This document shows positions 11,601 through 26,600 of a stretch of DNA of 64,000 nt, in pieces. Numbering within the stretch: position 1 is the first letter of the stretch; each line of letters begins with the position of its first letter. The position numbers were made by a program, and so were the translations under genes. Origin of the DNA: Candidatus Oxydemutatoraceae bacterium (GTDB lineage: Bacteria; Pseudomonadota; Gammaproteobacteria; Poriferisulfidales; Oxydemutatoraceae); the NCBI GenBank assembly GCA_965220085.1, contig CBDCOZ010000003.1, forward strand, positions 1,440,001 through 1,504,000, given 5' to 3'. A model generated the notes under the pieces. The model was not told where the DNA came from. It saw only the letters and a list, made by a program, of their open reading frames with translations, and did not search any database.

Positions 11601-14600
11601 CCCGTCACCGTCAAAATCATAATCGACAGAGATCGTCAGCGCGAATGTCGCTTCGCTCCGCAAAGCGCCATCGCTTGCGACAACCTTGACGGTCGCATCG
11701 CCGGCCGCGGTCAGCGGCGGGACGCCGCGCAGAGTCCGCGTCGCATCGTCAAACACAAGCCACGCCGGCAAAACCGAGTCATCGCCCAATCTCGCCGCAT
11801 ACTCGACCGTATCGCCTTCGGGATCGAGCGCCGCCGGAATCTCATAGGCGAAAGTCTTGCCCACGACGGCCGTTTGGTCGGCGAGCGCCGCCAGAGCCGG
11901 CGGCTCGTTGACATCGGTGACAGTCAGCCGCGCCGCCAGAGTCGCCGTCGTCTGCGCGGCGGCGGCGGCTTGCAATATAATCTCATAAATATTATCCGTA
12001 TCGCTGTCCGCCGGCGCTTCATAATCCGGCGCGTCGGCGAACGACAACACCCCGCGGCGGTCGATAACAAACCGCGCCTGGTCATCGCCGGCAAGGCTCC
12101 AGACAACATCCGCCGGCGAAGCGGCGTAACGCAGGCCGGTCGCCGTCGTATTCTCCGCGACATCCGCTTGGGCGGGGCCCGCAATCATCAACTCCGGCAA
12201 GACCGTCACGCTCAGCAAGCGCGCCAACTCCGGACTATCGGGCGCGCCGCCGGTCACCCGAACATAGGTCTCGCCTTCGGCTATCGGCGTCAGCGTCACC
12301 GCACTGCCGCTGCTCGCCGCCGTTGCGATGTTCGTGTCTTCCGATTCGGCGGCAAAGGTCAGGGTGGCGGAGCCCGGGCCGCGCGCAAAATATGGCTCCG
12401 CATCCAAATCAAGATCCGCGCCGTTCGCCGCCAACAGTTGGCTCGGTATCGCCAAACCGACCGCCACGGTGGCGGTCGTCAGCTGGCTGCGCCCGCGGCC
12501 GACGGGCGACCAGTCGCTGCTGCCCTCGGCGTTTGTCAGGCGCACGCGCGCCTCGTATTCGGCGTCTGCCGACAAGCCGCTGATCTCGGTGACGACCACG
12601 CCGCCGGCATGCGGCGACGCCGGCGTGACATCGACGGCATTGTCCGCCGAAAGATTGTGCGGCGTCCAGTTCGCATCGCCCGCGAGACGGAACTCCGCCT
12701 CGGAAGCCGCTATCCTGTCGCTTATCTGCGGCCCGTCGTTAACCGGCAGACGCCACATTACCAATACGGCCGTCGCGGCGGTGGCGCCCAGCACTCTGGG
12801 AGCTTGCGGGGTCGGCGGCGCTTCGTCGGTGTCTTCTATCGTCAGCGTGATCGCTTCCGTCGCGCCGCAGGTGTCGGCGTCATTGCTCGCGGTGAGCGTG
12901 AGTTCGTACGCATTGTCCGCATTCGCATCCGCCGGCGCTTCGTAATTCGGCAACGGCCCCGTATGCGTGACAATGCCCGTCGCGGTGGCGGCTGTCAGCG
13001 CGAAATAGGGGATGTCATCGCCGCCGAGGGTCAGGCGCGTATCGCCGCATCGCGCGTCGGGGTTGGCGATGCCGTAGGTTTGGGCCGGCGGAATCACGCC
13101 CTCGGCGGAGGTCAGCGCAAAGTTTCCGTCAAATTGGAAGACATATTTCAACGTGCGCGCGCTCGCCGGAGCCGACCAATCGCTCATCCCTTCGTCGTTC
13201 GCCGCCCGCACCCGCACATCATAGAGCGCGTCAAACATCAGGTCGGCAATCGTCGTCACGCGGGTCGTGGCGCTGTGTTCGCTGTCGCTCCAATCGGCGG
13301 CATCTTGCAAGCGATACTCGACATCATAGCGGATGATATCCGGGCGACCGTCGTTCGCCGGCGCCGTCCAACGCACATCCAATTCGCCCGCCCGCGCTGT
13401 CAGCGCGAGCGCCGCGGGCGCTAACGGCGGTTCGAGATCATCGCTCAGCGCCACTGTCACAACGAGCGAGCCCCGGCAATTATCGCTGTTCGCATTCAAT
13501 GTCGCCCGATAATTATTGTCGCCATCGGCATCGGCCGGTCGCTCGTAATCCAGCGCGGCGGACGGGAAAGACAACGCGCCGTCGGCGCTCAAAGCGAACC
13601 AGGCGGAATCCATGCCGGCGGCCAAACTCAGCGTGATAGCGCCGCAACCCGCGGTGTCGCCGGTCACACCGTAAGCGCCGACAGGCGCCGGTGTCGCGCT
13701 CATTCCTTCCGCCACGGTGTCTGCGACATTGCTTCCGCTCAGATTCAAGGTCCGTTTCAACGTCATCGCGCGCGCCGCCATCGACCACGGCCCGAAACCG
13801 TCGTCATTGCTTGCGCGCACGCGGAACTCGTACGCGCTGTTAATCTCCAAGTTGGAAACGGTCAGCGTCGGCGCCGTGCCGGCGTGCCCGGCATCGATCC
13901 AGTCGCTCGCGCCCGCCAACCTGTACTCCAAACCGTAGCCCGTGATATCGCCCGCCACAGAGCCCGGCGGCAAGCGCCAGTTCGCCGTCACGCTCGCGGC
14001 GGTCTCATCCGCAAATGTCGGCGGCGCGGGCTGCGACGGCGTCTCGTTCATCACATCGGTCACGATGATGATAATATCCGCCTCGCCGCGGTCCGTATCA
14101 AACACCACCGTGATGCGGTACAGGTTGTTGCCGAGCGCGCTCCGCGGGTTTTCAAAATCGGGCGGCGCGTTGAAAGTGAGTTCGCCCGCGGAGTTAATGG
14201 AGAGCTGGTTGCTGTCCGCTCCGGCAAGGCTCCACGTTCCGGTCATGCCCTCAACGCTATAGGTATCAACCACCGCCTCGGAGTTCTCCGGATAATTGAT
14301 CGTCGTCGCCTGCGTACCCGCGATCCGCGCCAGACGGGTCACCGCCACCGCATAGACCTGGGTCGTAGTCCCGTCCTCGGCGGTCACGGTTATCGTAACC
14401 GTGTTATCCCCCGCTTGCAGGCCGGACACGGTATTGCCGCTGACCGGCAACGTCGTGACGCCATCCGCCGCCACCGCGGTCAGTACGACGCTCGCGTCGG
14501 CATCGGTCGGCGTCGGAACAATCGTTACCCGCAAAAGGTTGTTGCTCACTCTCATGCCATACGCGCTGACCGTCGGGTCAAATGCCGGCGATAATTCGCC

Positions 14601-17600
14601 GGCGGGCGATGACAATGCGGCCAGCGTCGCGTCATCATTCGGCGACGCGCTCTCGCGGCTGATCGCCGCGGTGCCGCCATCGATAATCGCGCCGACCTGA
14701 TAGTCATACGCGGCGCCGGCAACCGCGGTCGTATCGGCGTAGGTCAAACCGGTCACACTGTCGACGAGCGGCGCGCCGTCGCGATAGATCGCATACGTGA
14801 CAGTCGGTTGCCGCGCCGCATCCCAGCGGCCGGCATCGACCGCCGTCCACGTCAAGGTTCTGACGCCGCCGGTGCCGTTTATCGTGACCGCCGGAGCGCT
14901 GCGCACCTGATAGCCGAATTCCTGCCAACTCGCCGCGCCGTCGCCGTCAAAATCAATTTTCAGCGCCGGGTATTCCGTGGCGCTGCCGAAATCCCAGTAG
15001 TCGGTCGGGTTGCCGTCGTCGTCATTCGGGTTCCAGTCGGCGTAGATGCCGGCATAGCTTGTCGGCGCCCGCAGTTCGGCGCTCGTCCGGGCGGTGATGC
15101 CGGCGCCGGAACCGCCTCCCGTCGCATTGGTCTTGCCCGAGGTCTCGGTGTTCCAATAGACCGCGTCAAACGCAGCGCCTTGGCCGGGATTTTCCCCGCC
15201 CAGACCGCCGCTTAGGTTGGCGGCGGGATGTACGAGCGCGACGGAGTACGCATATTTAAGTTGCACCCTGCCCAAGTAACCGATCAAACCGCCGCCCCAC
15301 TTCATGGCACCGCCTCGGGTTGGGTTGACAAACCCGGTCGCATACGCGTGTTCCACTCTGCTGCCCGTCTGATTGTAATGAACGCCGCCGCTCAGACCGC
15401 CGGCCTCGCTATTGGCTTCCACATTGCCGGTGGCATAGCTTAACTGCAATAAGCCCCTCTCGTTGATGCCCAATAGCGAACCGACCAGCTTGTTCCCTTC
15501 GGTCATCACGCTTGAATAAGACTTTTCTATCGTGCCGCCGGCCAACTCTCCCGCGATACCGCCGACGCGCTCGCTGCTGCCGCCGAGCGAGACCGAACCG
15601 GTCACGCCGAGGTTTGATATCACGCCGTCGCTGCCGACAACGCCGAACAAACCCTGAAGATTCGCGACGCGGTTGACATACAGGTTATAAATCGTATGAC
15701 CGTTGCCGTCGAAGGTCGTTGAAAATCTGCTGCTGTTGCTTCCTATCCCGGTCCAGCCCGCGCCGATCGTCCACGCGCTCTTGTTGTCAAGATCGCCATA
15801 GCTGTCATCGTCGTTGAAGTCCAAATCGCGCATCAATTCATAGCCGACGCACGCGCTCGGACAACCGCGGTTTGCCACATCGTCGCTGTCGGAGAACGCC
15901 TCAATATAATCGTTGCTGCCGCCCGCCGCGCTGTCATAGACGCCGTCGCCGTTGGGGTCCAAGCGCATCGCGCTGAGTTGTTCCAGGGTATGCACCTCGA
16001 GCAAACCGTCGTCGTCGCTATCGTGGTCGCGCCGCACTTTGAGAGCGAATGTCGCTTCGCTTGTCAGCGGCGGCGTCCCGTCGTCGCTGACGACGACCCG
16101 GATGACAATATCATCGCCGCTGTTCGCCGCCTGCGGCACGCCGGAGAAGGCCGGCGTTTGTCCGATCACGCCGAACGACAACCAAGACGGCAGGCTGGAG
16201 CCGTCGTCCAGCAACGCCGCATACGACAGCGTATCTCCGTCGGGGTCGTCGGGCGCGGCAAAAGCGTACTCAAAATCAAGGCCGACGAAGGCTGCTTGCT
16301 CGGAAACAGTCGGAGCCGACGGGGCGTCATTCGCATCGGTCACCATCACCTCCACCGCCAATTCGGCACTTTGCGCGGGCATCGTCGATGCGGCCATAAT
16401 CGTCACCCGATAGACATTATCCGAGTCGGCATCCGCCGGCGCTTCAAAGTCCGGCGCGGTGACGAAGCGCAACGGCAACGCGCCGCTTGCGTCAATCTCA
16501 AAAGACGAAGCATCGGCGCCGCCGAGCGTGAAGCGCGCGCCCGCTACCGTTGCCGCATATGCCTCGCCGGTATCAACAGTGTTTTCCGCGACCGCCGCCG
16601 CCGCCGCGCCGCTGATTAACAGCTCGGGGCTGACCCTGACATCGACCGGGTGCGCCAGCGTTGTTTGATCGGCGCCGCCGACCATCAAGCCGACATACAC
16701 ATCGCCTTCGGCCTGCGGACTGATCCGCAGCATGCCGGTGTCGGAGCTGATCGTCGCTGTCGCAATGGCGTCGTCCTCCGACAGAACGGCAAAGCTCAGG
16801 CTGGCCGTGGAGTGCGCAAAGTATGGCGTCACATCCAGTGTCGCCGCCGGGCCGCCGACATGCAAGAATTGGCGCGGTATCAAAGCGGTCGTCATTATGC
16901 CGCCGGTAACCTGAGTGCGCCCGTTAGCCGCCGGCGACCAGTCGCTATTGCTTTCGCTGACCGCGCGCACCCGCGCCTGATATTCGGTGTCGGGCTCCAA
17001 GCCGGCAATGGTCGCCGTGGTCGCAAGACCGCTGTGCGGCAAGTCGCTCCAGTCGGTATCGGTCGCAAGCCGATACTCGACATCGTAATCGACGATCGGC
17101 GATGTGGCGCCGGACGGTTTGCGCCACAAAACATACAGGCTGTCGTCGGTAGCGGTCGCCAGCCGCGGCGCGGCGGGCGCGTCCGGCGCTTCGGCGGCAT
17201 CATTTTCAACCGTCACGCTGACAGCGAGCGATCCGGCGCATGCGCCGTCGGATGCCGCGGCGTCAACAACAAAGCGGTAGACATTATTGGCGTCGGCGTC
17301 GCGCGGCGTTTCATAGTCCGGTTGCGTCGCCGCGTTCAACTCGCCGCTTTGCGGGTCGATCACAAAGCGCGCGGCATCCTCCCCGCTCAGGCCGAAACTA
17401 ATCGGCAAACAGCGGTCGTCGGGATTTGTCACGCCGTAACTCTGCGCGACAAAGGCATCGCTTTCAATCAACGTTATCGCCGCCGCGCCGCCAAGTTGCA
17501 ACACATATTGCTCGATCAGCCCGCTGCCGCTCTCCGACCAATCTCCCAAGCCGTCGCCGTTTGACGCCCGTATCCGAACTTCGTAGCGGGCGTTGAATTG

Positions 17601-20600
17601 CAAGTTAGGAACCGTCGTCGTCAATGTGCTGGCGATCGCCCAATCGATCCAATCGGCGCTTCCCGCCGCCCGATATTCCAAATCATAATCGCCGATGGTC
17701 GGGCCGTGGTTTGTCGGTTCGGTCCAGCTCACGAGCAGACTGCCTTCGGCATGATTCGGCATGACCGTCGGCGCCGGCGGCGCCGCCGGGCGCTCTCCGA
17801 TAGCATCCGTAATCGTCACGCTGACCGCCAGCGCGCCCTCGCAAGCGGAGGTTGCGGCGACGACCGTCAGCCGGTACGCATTATTGGCATCGGCGTCGGT
17901 CGGGCGCTCATAGTCCAGGCGCGATGAGAGACGCAATGTCCCGGCATCAACGCGGAAGAGCGCGGCATCGGCGCCGCTCAGGCGCAACGGCGCGTCGCCA
18001 CACTGCGCGGGCGGATCGACAACCGCGTAGGCGCCGATGCCGGCATTGGCAACGGCGTCCGCCTCCGATAGCGCTATCGTCGCGGCGCCGCTCACTTGCA
18101 AGGCGAGCTTGGTCGTCATCACGGCGAGGATTTGCGACCACGCGCCCGCGCCCGCGCCGGATGCGCCTCGGACCCGGAACTCGTATGCGGCAAACAACTC
18201 AAGACCGGTTACCGTCGCTGTCGTTGCCGTCCCGCTATGGTCAAAATCAGTCCACGCGGAGGCGCCCCCCCGTCGGTACTGCACATCATAACCGGTCACC
18301 GTTACGTCTCCGCCGTCGTCGGGCGGCATAGTCCACTCCAGTTCCGCTTGATTCGGCCCGATGTCGGTCGCCCGCAACCCGGTCACGGCCTGCGGCGGCT
18401 CGGGGCTCTCATCGGTCACTGTCACGGTCACCGCAAGGCTTGCCTCATCGAGCTCGCCGGCGTTAAAGACGACGGTCAATTCATAGGCATTGTCGCCATT
18501 GTCATCCTGCGGCGCCTCAAAATTCGGCGGCTCGTTGAAAGACAAGCCGCCGTTAGCGGCGATGGCAAAGCGGGCGCTGTCGGCGCCGGCAATGGTCCAA
18601 GCGCCGGTCTTGCCGGGGCTGCCGTATCTGGCCACCTCGGCGGTTCTGTTCTCCGGATAACGCGGCTGACTGTCTCCGATGATGCCGACTCGGTAAATCG
18701 TTTCCACTTCGTACTCCGAAGTCGCCGCGCCGGCCTTTTCGGAGGCGACGCTTATCACGATCGCGTTGCTCTGACCCGACGTCAAACCGCGCACTATGTC
18801 ATTGTTCGCGCCGCCGATCTCCAGCGCGGCGCCGTCATTGTCCGTGCCGCTGATCGTGATCGGCGCGGCCGGGTGCAACGGTTCGGCGTTGACGGTGACC
18901 TCCGTAACGCCCGCCTCCAGCACCAAGGAGTAACGCCTTGTTTCGCTGTCAAAAGCCGGCGCCAAAACCCCCGGGCTGAAGACCAAGCCGCTCAGGGTGA
19001 CGTTATCGGACGGCGACAGCGCCAGCGAGCGAACCGCTTCGCCGCCGTTTACGAGCGCGGCAATGCGGTATGTGTGCTCGGCATCGGCCGTCGCCGTATC
19101 ATCGCGATACGTTCGCTCCGCAATATCGATGCCGCCGGGCAAAGGCCTGCCGTCGCGGTAGACGCTATAGCGCAGGTCGGATGCCGACAGCGCGTCCCAG
19201 TGCGAGACATCGGGCGGCTCCCAGCTCAGCGTTCTCGTCGTGCCAGCGCCGACGGCCACCGCGTTGACCGGCCCGGCGCGCAACTGGTAACCGAATTCCT
19301 GCCAGCTCACTTTGCCGTCATCGTTGAAATCAACCTTCAGCGCCGGATATTGGCCGGAGTCGCCGAAATCCCAATAGTCGGCCGGATTGCCGTCGCCGTC
19401 CACATTCCAGGTTTGATAGATGCCGGCATAGCCGGTCGGCGTCTGCAACTCGGTCGTCGTCCTGGAGGCGACCCCGCCGGCGGACTCAAGAGGGCCGGAA
19501 CCAAAGTGCGCGTTGGCATCGGCGATGGCCGATGTGTCGCGATCCCAATAGATTGCCCTCCATTCGACCGTTTGCGTGGGCACATTGAGTCCGGCGATAC
19601 CGCCGCGCTCGATCGCCGCGGCATCGATTTGCGCGGTCGAATAGCTGTATCTGACCGACGCGGTGTCCACCTCGCCAAGCAAGCCGCCCGCTCTGCGATC
19701 GCCGGCAGCGCCCATGTGACCGGTGGCATAACTGTGATATATGAGGACAAAGTGACTGCCGGCGCCGCCGTTGGCGAAGCCGACGATGCCGCCCGGCGAA
19801 CGCCCGGCGGATGCATTGCCGCTGGCATAACTCCGGAGCACCGAATTGTCATCTGTCATCCGACCGGCCAGCGGAGACGCGTACTCCCCTTCTGTGCGCA
19901 CCGACACCGCCGAATAGACCTCTTCTATCACGGTGTCGTCTTGCGTCATGCCGACCAGCCCTCCGATATTGTCGTTTGAAGCGCCGGTCGCCGTCACCGA
20001 CCCGGTGATGCCGAGTTTGGAAATGTTCATGTCCGTGCCGGTGTGGCCGAACAATGACAAGTTGTCGGCATCACGGGAAATATGGAGGTTATAAATCGTG
20101 TGACCGTTGCCGACGAACGTCGCCGTCAATTTGTCGGCGGTCGCGCCCAAGGGACTCCAGCCCTCCCCGCTCGTCCACTCCGTATTCGTCGTGCCGCTGC
20201 CATACGAATCGGGGTCGTTGAAGTCCAGATCGCGCATCAACTCGTAACCCATGCAATTGTTGCTCGGACACGAGTCGCTTCGGTGACCGATGAAGGCATG
20301 CGGCGCCAGGTAGTCTGCCTCATCATCGGAGGCGACATTGCCATCGCCGTTTCGGTCCCAACGTATCGCGTTTAATTGTTCCAATCTCGTGATTTCCAGC
20401 AAGCCGTCATCATCGGTGTCGTAGTCATGCCGCAAGCGCAAGACGAATCTCGTCTCACTCGACAACGGCGGGACGGCGTCATCGGTCGCGATGACCTTGA
20501 TATGTATGTCCCCGGCGGCGGTTGCCGGCGGCGTCCCGCCGAAGGCGCGCGCGGCGGCATCAAACGTCATCCATGTCGGCAAGTTGTCGTCGTTTGTCAG

Positions 20601-23600
20601 CGATGCCATGTACGACACCGTATCGCCGTCGGCATCGACTGCTTCGTCAAAGACGTGCTCAAAAGCCTCCTCGGTCAAAATGTCCCGGTCGGCGATGATC
20701 GGCGGCGGCGGCGCGTCGTTGGCATTCGTCACCGTGACCGCCGCCTCCAACGCGGCGGACATCCCGTCGGCGGTTGCCGTCACCGTCACGCGATACACAT
20801 TGTCGTTATCGCTATCCGTCGGGTTTTCAAAGTCCGGCGCGGCGGCAAAGCCGAGGATGCCCCGCGCAGCATCGATGACAAAAGCGGCGGCGTCATCCCC
20901 CGTCAGCGAGAAAGTCGCGCCCTCCGCCGTGGTCGCATATGCCGCGGCGAAGGCATCGTTGTTTTCCGCCGTCGTCCGTGTCGTCGCGCCGACGACCGCC
21001 AAGGCCGGGCGAACCGTCACAGCGACCGCATGCGTCAACTCGCCGCCGCCGGCGCTCGCCGTCAAGCGGGCATAGGTCTCGCCCGCCGCCACCGGAGCAA
21101 TGCTCAGGGTGCTCGTGCTCATGATTTCCGCGGTCGCAATATCGTCGTCGTCCGAGGTCGCGGCAAAGCTCAAACTGCCCGTGGAGCGCATAAAGTATTG
21201 CGCCACATCCAAGGCAACCTCGGGGCCGCCGACATACAAAGACTGCGCCGGCGCCGGGCTCACCAAGACCACCCCGCCGGCGGTTTGCGTTCGACCGTTG
21301 CCTTCCTCCGACCAGGCGCTGCGGCCCTCGGCATTGCGCGCGCGCGCGCGCGCCTGATATTCGGTGTCGGGCTCCAAGCCGGCAATGACAGCCGACGGCG
21401 TCGCCGGACTCGGCCCGTCGATCCACTGGGTATCGGCGCTGTTGCGGTATTGCACGTCGTAGGCGCCGAGCGCCGGCCCCTTGTTGGCGGGTTCGCGCCA
21501 CAGCACATATATGCCGGACTCGGAAGCGGGCGACACTTGCGGCGCGGCCGGCGCCGACGGCGGCTCATCCCGATCTCGGATCGTCACGGGGAAATTATGC
21601 GCGCCCCGGCAACTGTTGTCAGACGAAGCGAAGGTAATGATCACATCGTATGTGTTATCGCCGTCGGCATCCAGCGGCGCTTCGTAATCAAACTCCGGCA
21701 GATGTGTGCCCAGCACGCCGGATTGCGGATCGATTGTAAAATGTCCGGCATCGGCGCCAGCGAGCCCGAAAATTATATCGGTGCAAGGAGCGGGAGGATT
21801 TACGAAGAAACGATTCCTCATAAATCCCTCGGTCGTGGATTCTATCGCGGTGAGCGCCTGGTCTCCTTCCAGCGCCAGCCTCCTGACCGGGGTTCTCACG
21901 GCGCGCGCCGGCGACCACGCGCCGGCGCCTTCGTCGTTTGCCGCCCGCACCCGCACTTCGTGACGGGCATTAAACCGCAGGCTGGCATTGATCTCCGTCA
22001 TCAACCCCGCGCCGACGTGCGTCCAATCCGTCCACTCGGCGGCGCCGACCGCGCGGTATTGCACATCGTAGTCATTGACGGGCGGGCCGCCGTTTGGCGA
22101 GGCCGCCGTCCATTCTGCCCTCAAAGAGGCATTTGCCGCCGCGCGCAACAACGACACAACCGGCGCCGCGGGCGGCTCGGCGCTGTCGGCGAGCGTTACC
22201 GCAACGATGGTTTCCGCCGGCTCGCAAGCCTGGCTCGACGCGCGCAATTGCGCCCGATAGATATTATCGCCGACGAAATTGCCGGGTTGCTCGTAATTCA
22301 ACGGCGATGACGGAAAACGCAACACCCCCGTCGCCGCGTCAAAGGCGAAGAATCCATGGTCATACTCCTCGACCAGGCTGATCGTTACGTCGTCACACTG
22401 CGCAATGAAATTGCCAACCGCATACGTGCCGATATCCATGGCGGCGCCGGTGTCGGCTTCGGCCACCATCGCCGTCGTCGGGCCGTCCAATGTCAGCGAC
22501 GGATAGCGCAGGGTCTGCGCCCGAACCGGTTGCGACCACGGCCCCTCTCCCTGAGCATTGATGCCTCTGACGCGGAAGCGGTACTCGGTAAGCGGGTCCA
22601 GCCCGGTCACAGTCGCCGTCGGGCCGGCGGACAGCCCGGCGCCGACCCATCCGCTCGCGCCAAGCGCCTGACGCTCGATGCCATAGGCGGTCGCCGTCGC
22701 CTGACCGTCATCGTCCGGCGGCGCATCCCAACTCAAGGCAACCCGATCCCAGCCAATCGCTTCCGCTGTCGGCGCGCTCACGCGGTTGGGGGGTTCGGGA
22801 TTCACATCGAGTACCGTGACCGTGACGGTGGCGCTTGTCGAATCGGCCCGCCCTTCGTTCAGGATGACCGTCAGTTCATATGTGTTATTGCCATCGGCAT
22901 CGCCCGGGCTCTCAAAGTTAGGCGGCGTGTCGAAGGTCACTTCGCCGCCGGTACTGATAGCGAAAAGCGCGCCATCAACGCCGCCGAGACTCCAACCGTC
23001 CACCCGGGCGTCGGTGGCATATTGCGCGACCGCGGCGGTTCCGTTCTCATCGTAATCTGCCGTCCGGTCGCCGCTAAAGACGCTGCGGAAAACAAGGGCG
23101 ATCGTATAAACCCCGCTGTCCGCGCCCGCTTTCTCCGGCGTGACGGTTACCCGCGCCGTGTTGCCCGCCGTCGCCAAGCCGGTAATGCTCCTCGTGCCCG
23201 CGCTGCCGCTTAAGGTCAACGCGGCGCCGTCGGCGGTCATGCCGTCAAACGCTATCGTCGCGGCGGGGTGCAGGGCGGCGGCGGTAATCTCCACCGCGGT
23301 GACATCCGCGTCCAAACCCACCGCATAGCTCCTGATGCCGGGATAAAATTCCGGCAACATGAGCCCTCTGTCAAACGATAGCGCGCGCAAGGATGTGTCC
23401 GCGGACGGCGAGCTCGTCACGCTGCGGGTCGCTTCGCCGCCGTTGACGATGGCCGCGACATGGTAGCTGTGGTCGGCATTGGCGGTCACCGTATCGGCAT
23501 AGGTCGTGTCCGTCATGTTCGCGGCGGCGGCAATCGCCGCGCCGTCGCGGTAGACGGCGTAGGCAATGGTCGGCGGCGCGTCGGGCCAGTGCGATGTCGT

Positions 23601-26600
23601 CGGCGCTTCCCAAGTCAACACCCGCGTTGTGTCGCTGCCGACCGCCGTCAGGTTTCTCGGCCCTTCGCGCAATTGATAGCCGAATTCCTCCCACGTCGTC
23701 GTGCCGTCGCCGTCAAAATCAACCCGCAATGCCGGATATTGGTCGGGTCTGCCGAAGTCCCAGTAGTCGGTCGCATTGCCGGCGGAATCGTTCGCGTCCC
23801 AATCGGCGTAGATACCGTCATAGCCGGTCGGCGTTTGTAACTCGGCGCTCGTCTTCGCGACCGGCCCGACCGCCTCAACGCTCCCCGCGATGCCGCCGTA
23901 GGCCGCGTCGACAGCGGAGGTGTCGGTATCCCAATAGACCGCGTTGACCGCGGTTGTTTGAGCGGCGTTATGTCCGGCCACACCGCCGCGCTCGGTGGCG
24001 GCGGAAGCAATCAGCGCGGTCGCGTAGGCGTATCTGATTGTCGAGGGACCTATCCAACCGAACAAACCGCCGGCCCGTCCGTCACCGCCGTCGCCTATGT
24101 AGCCGGTGGCATAGACGTGCTCCGCAATGGTATTTCCTCCGATCGCGCCGACGATGCCCGCGGGCTCCTGACCGACGGATGCGCCGCCGGTCGAGTAACT
24201 GCGGCGCACGACGCCGCCGTCGACCATGATACCGACCAGCGGCGAGGCGCGAAGCCTCCCGCCCGATACCTCGACCGCCGAATACACCCCGTCTATCGTC
24301 GTATTGTTCGCCCTGCCAACCAGCCCGGCGGCATCATCAACGTCGATGCCGCTGGCCGTCACCGAACCGGTCACGCCGAGATTGGAAATCGTCGCGCCGG
24401 CGGTCTGTCCGAACAATGCTCGCTGATGGCCGGCGCGCTCAAGGTACAAGTTATAAATAGTGTGGCCGCCGCCGTCAAATGTCGCCGCGAACATGTCGTC
24501 GGCGCTGTCTCCGAGCGGCGTCCAATTCACCGCGGTCGCGCCCGGCGATAACAGGGGGGAAGTTGAGATGTCGCCGCTCGCATAGGCCGCCGCATCCTCA
24601 AAATCCAGATCGGCAATCAATTCATAGCCGACGCACCCGCTATCCGCCGGGCAACCCATGCCGGGCGCCGCGCCGGGAAAAGCGCTCGCGTACGCGTCCT
24701 GATCACCCGCGGCGACATTGCCATCGCCGTCGGTGTCATGGCGAACCGCGTGAAGTTGCTCCAGAAAACCGATGTCAATCAGGCCGTCGTCGTCGCCGTC
24801 GTAGTCCTGTCGGACTCTCAGCACAAAGGTCGCCGGGGGCGATGACAACGGCGGCGTCGCGTCATCGCTTGCGATCACTTTGATGTTGAAATCATCGCCT
24901 CGGTGCGCTATCGGCGGAGCGCCGGCGAAGGCGCGCGCAGCGGAATCAAACGACAACCACGCGGGCAAATTGCTGTCATCCGTCAGTGTCGCCGCATACG
25001 ATACCGTATTTCCTGCGTCGGGGTCTGTCGCCGCGCCAAATACGTATTCAAAGTCGCTCCCCGCAAGCGCCAACTGATCGCCGACGGACGGCATCGCGGG
25101 CGCTTCGTTGATATCAATCACTGTCACCCCGACCTGATGCATGGCGGTTTGAGCCGGAGCCGCCGATTCCGCCATGATGGTTACTTCGTAGACATTGTTC
25201 GAATCGGCATCGGCGGGCGCTTCAAAGTCGGGGGCCGAGACAAAACGGAGGATGCCCCTTGCGTCCAATTCAAAATCGTTCTCATCGGCGCCGCCCAGCG
25301 ACCAACTCACGCCGTCCTTATTCGCCGCATAGACCGCCCGGAATGCGGCGCTGCCCTCGTCCGCCGTCACATCCGCATCGCCGCTGATCATCAAATTGGG
25401 CGCTACCGTCACATCTATCAAATGGATTAAGTCTGTGTCGCCGTCATTGACGGTCAACTCAATGTATGTTTCGCCCGCCGCTATCGGCGTGATAATCACT
25501 CTGCTGTTAGCGACAATGCTCGCCGTGGCAACATCTTCGTCTTCGGAGCGCGCGCTATGCGTCAAAGCGCTGCCCTGCGGATGCTCAAAGTATGGCGTGA
25601 TATCCAGTGTTTCGCTGTCGGCAAGCAACAGAGTCCGCGCCGGTATCAGGTTGGGAGCGGTCGGCCCGGTTGCGGTCTGGGTGCGCACATCGGCAATCTC
25701 GGACCAGGCGCTGTCGCCCTCGTCATTGCTCGCGCGCACCCGCACTTGATATGCGGTATCGGTTTCCAGACCGGTGATCGTCGCCGCGCGCATCGTCGTC
25801 GCGTGTTCCCAACTCAGCCAATCCGTGCCGGCGCTCGCGCGATACTCCGCCTCGTAGCCGGTGATAGGCGGAGCGGAATTGTCCGGATCACGCCACAGCG
25901 CATGGATGGCGGAAGCGGTGGCGGTCAACGCCCGCAGGCGGGGTTTGAGCGGCGGTTCGGCGACATCCGTGACAGTCAAGACAACGCTGCCTTCGCCGCG
26001 GCACGCGCCGTCGGACGAAGCGGCAACGGCGGTAATCTCATAGTCGTTATCGCCATCGGCATCCAGCGGCATCTCATGATCGAGCGCCGCGGGCAGATCG
26101 ACCGCGCCGCTTGTCGGGTCGATGTCGAAATGCGCGCCGTCGGCGCTCGCCAATTTGAAAGTGACCGAGACGCAACGGGGATCCGGATTGTCAACCGCAA
26201 AACGCAGATCAAACGGCGGTTTTGAGGCGGCGGAAAATTCGGCGACGGACGGGTCCGCCATGCCGCCGCTGACGCTCAAATCGTAGGCGGCGACCGTCGC
26301 GAATGTCGCCGGCGACCATTCGCTGTCGCCCTCGTCGTTGCGCGCGCGCACCCGCGCGGCATAGCGCGTGTTAAACATCGGGGCAACAACCGTCGCGGTC
26401 AAATCGGCGCCGTCGTGCGTCCAATCCGTCCAGTCGGCGGTCGTCGCCGCGCGGTATTGCACATCGTAGTCGGAGATGACCGGGCCATCGTTCGCGGGCG
26501 CCGACCAACTCACCGCCAGATTCACCTCCGAGTCGACGGTTATCGTCGGCGCCGCCGGCGCCGCCGGCGGCTCGATATCGTCGGTGATTGTGACGGCAAT

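Noticed and set aside
24894-24902. RGD integrin-binding motif in the giant protein (HRGDD)
   Set aside because: One instance in ~15,000 aa is expected by chance, and the equivalent positions in other super-repeats read AGD or SGD.
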